This document shows positions 57,234-64,000 of a stretch of DNA of 64,000 nt, piece by piece. Each line of letters opens with the position of its first letter. The stretch's first letter is position 1. The position numbers were made by a program, and so were the translations under genes. Source of the stretch: Minisyncoccota bacterium (GTDB lineage Bacteria > Patescibacteriota > Minisyncoccia > Phycocordibacterales > Phycocordibacteraceae); the NCBI GenBank assembly GCA_022842945.1, contig JALHOO010000001.1, positions 93,830-157,829 of the forward strand. Reading direction: 5' to 3'. Below the pieces are notes generated by a model. The model was not told the DNA's origin. It saw nothing but the letters and a program-made list of their open reading frames with translations, and did not search any database.

Positions 57234-57375
57234 TTCTAGTCTCCTTTAAAGAGATAACCCACCTGGTCTTAATGACGCGTGCCCTGGGAAAGGCAGTATT
57301 GGTGAGTCCAGCTACGAAGTAGTGGCAGTCACAAGATGCTACTTTTGTGCGTAAAAGTCAAGTATAGGCCGGGCT

Positions 57376-57412
57376 ACAAAAGTTCCAACAACGTCCCAGA
57401 CAGCCAGCAATG
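57376..57412 (+). repeat. direct repeat copy 1 (37 nt)
   Basis: ACAAAAGTTCCAACAACGTCCCAGACAGCCAGCAATG; 33/37 identical to copy 2. Confidence 0.7.
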
Positions 57413-57735
57413 TTTTAAAACCTAGTCTGCGCAGATAGACAGAGTGATACTTTGGAACAGGTACCCATATTGACGTTCATATGCTCGGGTATATACTTCT
57501 TTCAGAAGATGTTCCTGGTAGCAGGTAGAGGAGCTTAGCCCACGGGCTGAAATAGCAACTCTAGAAGCTCTGTCCTCCCGCTGGGGGACGGTGTGCTCCG
57601 ACGGAAATCGTTGGATAGGCCGATTAAATTCGGAAAGATTCACAGGGACTTGCGCTGCTGCGCATGCACCACGAATCGGCATCAACATCTTCGCCGCTTT
57701 CTCATTGGGTCCGGACTTGTTCCGGGCCTTTTCTT
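57413..57735 (+). ncRNA. candidate ~300-nt non-coding RNA or regulatory leader bounded by direct repeat 1 and an intrinsic terminator
   Basis: No convincing ORF. GC-rich self-complementary segments, then the GGGTCCGGAC-TTG-TTCCGGGCC hairpin followed by TTTTCTT. Confidence 0.35.
57708..57735 (+). terminator. intrinsic terminator inside the 554-nt intergenic region
   Basis: Stem GTCCGGA/TCCGGGC followed by a T-tract on the plus strand only. Confidence 0.5.
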
Positions 57736-57737
57736 AT

Positions 57738-57774
57738 ACAAAGGTTCCAACATCGTCCCAGACTGCCAGCAACG
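57738..57774 (+). repeat. direct repeat copy 2 (37 nt), overlapping the promoter/-10 (TATACT) of the methyltransferase gene
   Basis: ACAAAGGTTCCAACATCGTCCCAGACTGCCAGCAACG, followed by GTATACT 6 nt before the ATG. Confidence 0.7.
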
Positions 57775-57787
57775 GTATACTTGCAAC

Positions 57788-58375
57788 ATGGAAAAACAAC
57801 CTAAGGGCTGGGGTGCATTCGCGGAACATGTGAAGGAACGAGCACCTGACGAGACACTTCAGGAAGCTATTACCTACGTACAGGATAGGGAGGCGGCTCT
57901 TGATATGGGGGCAGGCGCACTAAACGAAACGAAGCATCTCCTCGCCTCTGGTTTTCAAAGAGTTGTAGCGCTGGACGCAGAGCCAAGCATTGTTGAGAGA
58001 GCAAAGGGTCAAGCGGGCGGCGAACGTCTCGAGGTTATAGTGTCTCGGTTCGAAGACTACGAGTTCCCACCGAATGCCTTCGACCTCGTTAACGCACGAT
58101 ACTCTCTGCCCTTCATGTCACCGGCTTCCTTTGAGGAAGTATTCGCTAAGATAAAGGCATCTCTCAAGTTTGGGGGTATATTCACAGGCCAGATGTTTGG
58201 TCCCAATGATTTCAGAAACAACCAAGAGGGCATGACTATGCATTCTCGTGAGGGGGTAGAAAGTTTGCTTTCCGATATGGAAATTATTGAGCTAGAGGAA
58301 GAGGAGTATGACGGTCCAACGTATAGCCAGGGCACGCAGCACTGGCATGTGTATACCGTTGTAGCGCGCAAGTAA
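57788..58375 (+). CDS. class I SAM-dependent methyltransferase
   Basis: Motif I LDMGAGALNETKHL and motif II VVALD. Confidence 0.75.
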   Translation: MEKQPKGWGAFAEHVKERAPDETLQEAITYVQDREAALDMGAGALNETKHLLASGFQRVVALDAEPSIVERAKGQAGGERLEVIVSRFEDYEFPPNAFDLVNARYSLPFMSPASFEEVFAKIKASLKFGGIFTGQMFGPNDFRNNQEGMTMHSREGVESLLSDMEIIELEEEEYDGPTYSQGTQHWHVYTVVARK

Positions 58376-58656
58376 TTACATATATATACGAGCCGGGCCC
58401 GCCCTACGATTAACGCAGTGCGGGCCCGGCAATCAATCCTTTAGTTTCCGTATCATACAGGCGCTGTGTGATTAGCGTCTCGTAAGGATCTTTCCGTATG
58501 CCGCGCATCTATTCCGTAGCGATACACGGCCTAAAAGTGAGGAAAGAACTATGAGGACTGGTACAGGGGAGCACGTATGCATTCCGTGTGTTCCTCAACA
58601 GTACTCATAGTAGCGAGAAGGCTATGAACCCAGTATGAACGAATTCATGAAGACTT

Positions 58657-59787
58657 CTACGAGAAGTCTACGGATACTTCGTTCGTTCCTTTGCCGTCTT
58701 CACCAAAAGGATCTTCCAGATTCTTATCCGTTGCAGAGGGAAGGCTTATGCGGATTTCTGTACCCACCCCAGGCGTGCTCCGGATGTTAATAGCGCCCTT
58801 ATGCAAACGCACAATCTCGTTCACGATAGCGAGTCCAAGGCCTGACGTACCCGTGCCAATGCCGCGCGCTCTGGAGGTGTCGCCGCGATAGAACGGTTCG
58901 AATATATGGAAGAGGTCTTTCTGGTCTATGCCAATGCCCGTGTCCTTAACCGATAGTATAATCTTGTGCGCAGACTCTTTCTCCACGCGCACGGTTACTG
59001 AACCGTTCTTTCCTTTAGGGGTGTAATTAACGGCATTCTTCACGAGGTTCGTAACAACCTGCTCAAGTGCCACACTGTTGCCGCACACGAAGCAATCCTC
59101 TGCTATCTCATCTATAAGATGTACCTCGCGAGACTTTGCGAGTGCCTCATGGCGAACAAGCGCTGTGCGAGCAATGTCGCCCAGGTCCGTTGCCTCAAAC
59201 TGCATACGACGAGGGCGGGTAAGGGTGTCGAAGGAAAGGAGATTGTTTATGGTCTCTGAGATACGGTCGAGCTCAAGGATGGTGTCGTCAAAGGTCTCGC
59301 GGACACTCTCTGGAAGCTTTGGATCAAACAGTGCAACCTCGGTATTGGTCTTTATGATAGCGAGCGGGGTGCGAATCTCGTGCGCAATATTCCCGATGAA
59401 GCGCTTCTGGAACTGCAGGCTGTTGCGGGTAGGCCAGAGGGCGTAGCGCGCAATAAGGATGCCGAACAGAATGTTCAAGAAGAGTACGATGATAGACGAG
59501 TAGAGATAGGTCTCGTCGCTCACGCGCGCAACTGCCTCAGAAAGACTTTGCGTACTTGCCGGAGAGTCAGCGAAGATGCCTGCAACGATTCCTTCACCTA
59601 CGGTTTCAATGGTGCGTTCCTGCGCATACTGAATGCTCCATGCCACCACAATGATGGACATAAGGGCGAGCGCCACCTGAAGCGCTACGACGTGAGTCGC
59701 AGTCTTGTAGAAGAGGTTGAACCGATACTTATCGGTTAAGTCGGTAACCAACGCCGCGTACGGTTTCAAATAGGGGGGCATCGTCAT
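58657..59787 (-). CDS. sensor histidine kinase (2 TM, HisKA + HATPase_c)
   Basis: H-box IAHEIRTPL; N, G1 and G2 boxes (GIGTGTSGLGLAIV). Overlaps the response-regulator stop by 59 nt. Confidence 0.88.
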   Translation of the reverse strand: MTMPPYLKPYAALVTDLTDKYRFNLFYKTATHVVALQVALALMSIIVVAWSIQYAQERTIETVGEGIVAGIFADSPASTQSLSEAVARVSDETYLYSSIIVLFLNILFGILIARYALWPTRNSLQFQKRFIGNIAHEIRTPLAIIKTNTEVALFDPKLPESVRETFDDTILELDRISETINNLLSFDTLTRPRRMQFEATDLGDIARTALVRHEALAKSREVHLIDEIAEDCFVCGNSVALEQVVTNLVKNAVNYTPKGKNGSVTVRVEKESAHKIILSVKDTGIGIDQKDLFHIFEPFYRGDTSRARGIGTGTSGLGLAIVNEIVRLHKGAINIRSTPGVGTEIRISLPSATDKNLEDPFGEDGKGTNEVSVDFS

Positions 59788-60403
59788 AGGTATCGAGTTT
59801 CTTGCGAAGGTTCTTCATGTGTACATCAAGAACGTTCGAGAAGCCAGGGAAGTCAAAACTCCACACATGGTCGAGAATGCTCTCGCGGGTAAGAGCCTCG
59901 TCTGGGTGTCGCATGAAGTACTCAAGCAAGGAATACTCCTTAAGCGTGAGTTGCATAGGTTTGCCGCCCTTGGTAACGGTGCGGGCTCCTGCATCGAGCA
60001 CGATGTCGCGGACCTCCATCTTTGAAAGCACCGTTTGTTCCGGACGGCGTAGCACGGCATTGATGCGTGCAACGAGTTCCTCGAAGGAGAAGGGCTTAGC
60101 CAGGTAGTCGTCAGCGCCTGAGTTGAGGAGTTCAACCTTGTACTCAGTTTCGTCACGTGCCGTAAGGATGATGATAGGTGTCGTTACACCTTCCTTGCGT
60201 GCCTCACGCGTGATGGTGGCACCGTCTATGCCGGGGAGCATGAGATCAAGCAGAATGAGATCGTACTCATCCCTATAGAGGAGGATGCGTGTCTTCGCCT
60301 TTTCGCTCTCCGCAATCCAGTCAACGGCAAAGCCCTTGGACTCCAGTCCACGCTTCAAGCCCTCGGCAAGTTTCGCTTCGTCTTCAACGATGAGTATGCG
60401 CAT
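59729..60403 (-). CDS. OmpR-family response regulator
   Basis: Receiver Asp in LILLDLMLPGIDG; C-terminal winged helix (RLNR end). Confidence 0.9.
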   Translation of the reverse strand: MRILIVEDEAKLAEGLKRGLESKGFAVDWIAESEKAKTRILLYRDEYDLILLDLMLPGIDGATITREARKEGVTTPIIILTARDETEYKVELLNSGADDYLAKPFSFEELVARINAVLRRPEQTVLSKMEVRDIVLDAGARTVTKGGKPMQLTLKEYSLLEYFMRHPDEALTRESILDHVWSFDFPGFSNVLDVHMKNLRKKLDTYDDAPLFETVRGVGYRLNR

Positions 60404-60933
60404 ACGTACAGCAGTTAATGGCTAAAATCAGTACTGTAACTGTAGCTATTAGACCATGAAGCCTTCATGAACGAAGAAAACCCGCACTATGCGGGTCTTC
60501 GAGAAAGAGCGAAACTGGCGCAGGAGTGGGGTTTATGCGGGTCCGCTCCCATCCTGTGCCAGCCGATTCGTCACCTGGATGGTGCGAGCCTCTTCCATTG
60601 GACTTGCTCCGGCATTGGTCGCCGGAGCTCCTCCGTTAGCTCCAGAAGTGTAGCGCAAAACGCGAAAAAGGGCACCCATTTCACGGCCCATTCTCTAGCT
60701 TTTAGAAGTTGTGTCTTGAATGCTTTCAGGAATGTTTCGTACTGGTTTATCCACGCTGAGATTTCGATGAAGGCGGGTATCATACAGAGACAAACCAGCC
60801 GAATGCAGTTGGAAAGAGCGGAAGATAGCGCCACGGCGTCCTCACCGCAGTCCAAAGTGGAGAGAAATCCCTGCCAGCGTTTAGAGCCAAGGCTGTCTTA
60901 TAAACGTTCTGAGTAACCTACGGGATTATCTCT

Positions 60934-63813
60934 ATGATGCAGGTCAAAAAGCGCGACGGGAGCATTGTCGACTTCGAGGAGGGAAAGATTACTAATGCCA
61001 TGCGCAAAGCGTTTGCGCATGCAGAAGTTGAAGCAGGCGAGGAACTCCTCGAAACACTCACCAAGAGCGTTATCGACGATATCGCGGCGAAGTTCGGCGA
61101 AGAGCTCACACCTTCTGTGGAGCATGTGCAGGACTTAGTAGAGCTCGCGCTCATGGAGGCGGGACAGCTTAGAGTTGCTAAGTTCTACATCGTCTATCGC
61201 TACGAGCATGCGAAGGTTCGCGAAGAGAAGAAGCAGGAGACTCTCGAGAAGATTGAGGAGGAAGGTCTCCTCATTACGACCGCATCAGGAAAACAGGAAC
61301 GTTTTAACGAAGTGAAGCTACGCCAGACGCTTGAGCGTCTCGCAAAGGAAGATCAGGTAGGTTCGTTTGATATCGAACACATCCTCTCTCAGCTCAAGTA
61401 CGAGCTCTATGAGGGCATGACCACCGCTGAAGTTGGAAAGGCACTCATTATGGTAGTGCGTTCGATGATCGAGCGTGATCCCGCATACTCCCGTCTTGCG
61501 GCGCGTCTCCTCTTGAATCGTCTGTACGCCGAAGTATTCGGTGCAGAGTTCGATAGCAAGAATCCGCTTGAGGCGCATGAGCGTGTGTTCACCGAGAACA
61601 TGCAACGACTTGTTGCTGAAGGGAACCTCGACGAGCGCATGGCAGAGTTCGATCTCTCAAAGATGGCGCGCGCCATGAAGGTGGAGAACGACATGCTGTT
61701 CGAGTACATGGGTCTTGAGATCATGATCAGCCGGTACTGCATGGAGGACCCGAAGGCGAAGAAGACACTTGAGACTCCGCAGATGTTCTGGATGCGTGTG
61801 GCTATGGGTCTCGCCATCGCTGAGAAGCCAGAAGACCGCGAGAAGACTGCGCTTGAGTTCTACGACGCACTCTCAAACTTCTACTACACGCCGGGAGGAC
61901 GCACGCTCTTCCAGGCTGGCTTCAAGAAGGCACAGATGAGTAACTGTTTCTTGAACACCGTTCCAGACTCCCTCGACGGTATCTTCAAGGCTATCTCAGA
62001 CAATGCGCAGTACCTTAAGTGGTCTGGAGGCACCGGAACAGACTGGACTCCGGTTCGCGCTATGGGCTCCTTCATTAAGGGAACCGGCGTACCGAGCCAA
62101 GGTATCGTGCCGTTCCTTAAGATTGCGAACGACGTGAACCTCGCTATTAACCGCTCAGGCAAGCGCCGTGGTGCAGGCTGTGTGTACCTCGAGAGCTGGC
62201 ACCTTGATCTTGAGGACTTCCTCGAGCTCCGTAAGAACACGGGAGATGAGCGAAGGCGCACCCACGACATCAACACCGCGAACTGGATTCCCGACCTATT
62301 CATGAAGCGTGTGCGTGATGGTGGACAGTGGACACTGTTCTCTCCAAGTGACGTACCGGATCTCCATGAGATCTATGGTGCAAAGTTTGAGGCTGCATAC
62401 ATCGAGTACGAGGCAATGGCAGACCGTGGAGAGATTGAAGTCTTCAAGCGATACCCAGCCGCTGACCTCTGGAAGAAGATGATTGGTATGTTGTTCGAGA
62501 CAGGACACCCATGGATTACTTGGAAGGACCCATCAAACGTTCGCTCTCCACAGGATCATGCAGGTGTGGTGCACAACTCAAACCTCTGCACCGAGATTAC
62601 ACTCAACACCAGCAAGGACGAGACGGCGGTGTGTACGCTTGGATCACTCAACTTCGCGAAGTTCGTAACCCCAGACGAGAATGGAGTACTTCGCTTTGAC
62701 CATGAGATGGTTGCGCGCGTAACGCGCTCAGCAATGCGCATGCTCGACAACGTTATCGATCTCAACTTCTATCCAACGATAGACGCTGAGAACGGAAACA
62801 CCCGTCACCGTCCGGTTGGTCTTGGTGTCCGCGGATACCATGATGCGCTCTACATGCTCGGCATTCAGTTCGACTCTCCAGAGGCACTTAACTTCGCAGA
62901 CGAGAGTATGGAAGTTGTTGCGTACTACACCGTGCTTGCTTCAAGCGAGCTCGCAAAGGAACGTGGCACGTACTCTACCTACAAGGGCTCGAAGTGGGAT
63001 CGCGATATCTTCCCGCAAGATACGCTCGACCTTCTTGAGAGTGAGCGTGGGGAGAAGATCAACGTGAAGCGTGGCGGCAAGCTCGACTGGACTCCAGTCC
63101 GCGAACACGTGAAGGCGCACGGTATGCGTAACTCGAACACCATGGCTATCGCGCCAACGGCGAGTACTGCAAACCTCGTAGGCTGCATCCCATGCGTAGA
63201 GCCGATCTATAAGAACATCTACGTAAAGAGCAACAAGGAAGGAGAGTTCGTTGTGGTGAACAAGTACCTCGTTGAGGACTTGAAGAAGGCGGGACTGTGG
63301 AGTGCTGGCATGTTGAACCGCATTAAGTATGCGGACGGAAGCATTCAGAACATCGATGAGATCCCACGCGTGCTCAAGGAGAAGTACAAGGAGGTGTTCG
63401 AGATCGACGGCAAGTGGCTCGTTGAGGCGGCAGCACGTCGCGGAAAGTGGATCGACCAGTCCCAGTCTCTTAACATCTTCTACAACGGTACTTCTGGAAA
63501 AGATCTCTCGGATATCTACTTCCTTGCCTGGTCCATGGGTCTTAAGACCACCTACTACCTCCGCACCCTTGGAGCCAGCCAGGTAGAGAAGGCAACGGTT
63601 TCAACCGCAGAGTATGGGGCAACCCATAACCGTGTTGCTGGAGGAAACTTCGCCGCTCCTACGGTTGTAGAGACAGTAGAGGTGGTAGCAACCGTCGAAG
63701 AAGTGCCAGCTGTAAGTGTCCCGAGCGGATTCTCGCCAGACGAGTGGAAGGCGAAGATGGCACGAGTTGCCGCAGGTGAAGAGGCAGGTGTGTGCGAGAG
63801 CTGTGAGTCATAG
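60934..63813 (+). CDS. nrdA: class I ribonucleotide reductase large (alpha) subunit with N-terminal ATP cone
   Basis: ATP-cone VKKRDGSIVDFEEGKI; active site NLCTEI...CTLGSLN; C-terminal CESCES redox pair; followed by nrdB. Confidence 0.93.
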   Translation: MMQVKKRDGSIVDFEEGKITNAMRKAFAHAEVEAGEELLETLTKSVIDDIAAKFGEELTPSVEHVQDLVELALMEAGQLRVAKFYIVYRYEHAKVREEKKQETLEKIEEEGLLITTASGKQERFNEVKLRQTLERLAKEDQVGSFDIEHILSQLKYELYEGMTTAEVGKALIMVVRSMIERDPAYSRLAARLLLNRLYAEVFGAEFDSKNPLEAHERVFTENMQRLVAEGNLDERMAEFDLSKMARAMKVENDMLFEYMGLEIMISRYCMEDPKAKKTLETPQMFWMRVAMGLAIAEKPEDREKTALEFYDALSNFYYTPGGRTLFQAGFKKAQMSNCFLNTVPDSLDGIFKAISDNAQYLKWSGGTGTDWTPVRAMGSFIKGTGVPSQGIVPFLKIANDVNLAINRSGKRRGAGCVYLESWHLDLEDFLELRKNTGDERRRTHDINTANWIPDLFMKRVRDGGQWTLFSPSDVPDLHEIYGAKFEAAYIEYEAMADRGEIEVFKRYPAADLWKKMIGMLFETGHPWITWKDPSNVRSPQDHAGVVHNSNLCTEITLNTSKDETAVCTLGSLNFAKFVTPDENGVLRFDHEMVARVTRSAMRMLDNVIDLNFYPTIDAENGNTRHRPVGLGVRGYHDALYMLGIQFDSPEALNFADESMEVVAYYTVLASSELAKERGTYSTYKGSKWDRDIFPQDTLDLLESERGEKINVKRGGKLDWTPVREHVKAHGMRNSNTMAIAPTASTANLVGCIPCVEPIYKNIYVKSNKEGEFVVVNKYLVEDLKKAGLWSAGMLNRIKYADGSIQNIDEIPRVLKEKYKEVFEIDGKWLVEAAARRGKWIDQSQSLNIFYNGTSGKDLSDIYFLAWSMGLKTTYYLRTLGASQVEKATVSTAEYGATHNRVAGGNFAAPTVVETVEVVATVEEVPAVSVPSGFSPDEWKAKMARVAAGEEAGVCESCES

Positions 63814-63851
63814 TCTTGGCTTCAGAAAGTCGAATTATAGGAATCCCTAAC

Positions 63852-64000
63852 GAAGAACTAGTATGCCCATCAACAAAGGTGCCGCTCCCGTGAACATCAA
63901 CAACCGTAAGATTATTAACGGCGGAGACGCTGACGTGATGCAGCTGTATCCGATGAAGCATACCTTCGCGTGGGATGCGTACATGGCTGGAAACAGTAAC
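63852..64000 (+). CDS. nrdB: class I ribonucleotide reductase small (beta) subunit, 3'-truncated by the window edge
   Basis: N-terminus MPINKGAAPVNINNRKIINGGDADVMQLYPMKHTFAWDAYMAGN resembles the beta-subunit start (..PMKY..AW..Y..). Confidence 0.6.

Noticed and set aside
59729-59787. 59-nt overlap between the histidine kinase start and the response regulator stop, considered as evidence of a mis-called start
   Set aside because: Alternative in-frame starts after the RR stop would truncate the first TM helix of the kinase. The overlap is therefore accepted as probably real and not a finding.
60467-60916. 149-aa ORF upstream of nrdA
   Set aside because: Ser/Arg-rich, no RBS, overlaps hairpins. 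More likely a non-coding leader/regulatory region.

Overview
This 64-kb window is a chromosomal segment of a small-genome bacterium with overall GC around 55%. The gene content suggests a CPR/Patescibacteria-like lineage, but the sequence alone does not establish this. Most of the window is core information-processing genes. One ~6.8-kb low-GC island, a tandem pair of paralogous secreted-protein genes, and a candidate small RNA stand out.

Core genes, in order: thrS, dnaE, rnhB, rpmF, a NusB-Nudix fusion, rnc, a short smc, gdh, a GFA-family protein, rnr, rpsP-KH-trmD, rpoB-rpoC, dnaG-rpoD, sppA, a UvrD/RecB-nuclease helicase, hisS, prmC, an RRM protein, an ABC transporter, a two-component system and nrdA-nrdB. 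Almost every gene is followed by an A-tract/GC-stem/T-tract intrinsic terminator. No tRNA, rRNA or CRISPR array was found. Many antisense ORFs in the track are shadow ORFs of high-GC genes.

The main finding is the island at about 30.96-37.8 kb, inserted directly after the rpoD stop codon. It encodes two small proteins, an 892-aa MmeI-family N6-adenine methyltransferase with a target-recognition domain, a 645-aa SF2 DExH helicase, and a 382-aa protein with a C-terminal T5orf172/GIY-YIG-like nuclease domain. I interpret this as a candidate undescribed split Type ISP/Type III-like restriction-modification or defence system.

Other notable items:
- Tandem paralogous secreted proteins downstream of rpoC, with conserved promoters and terminators.
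- A terminator-bounded, direct-repeat-flanked candidate ncRNA at 57.4-57.8 kb.
- A gtrA / FAD-linked oxidase / alternative-oxidase-like operon.
- Several unusual fusions or extensions: NusB-Nudix, L32 and S16 tails, a Lys-rich RpoD N-terminus.
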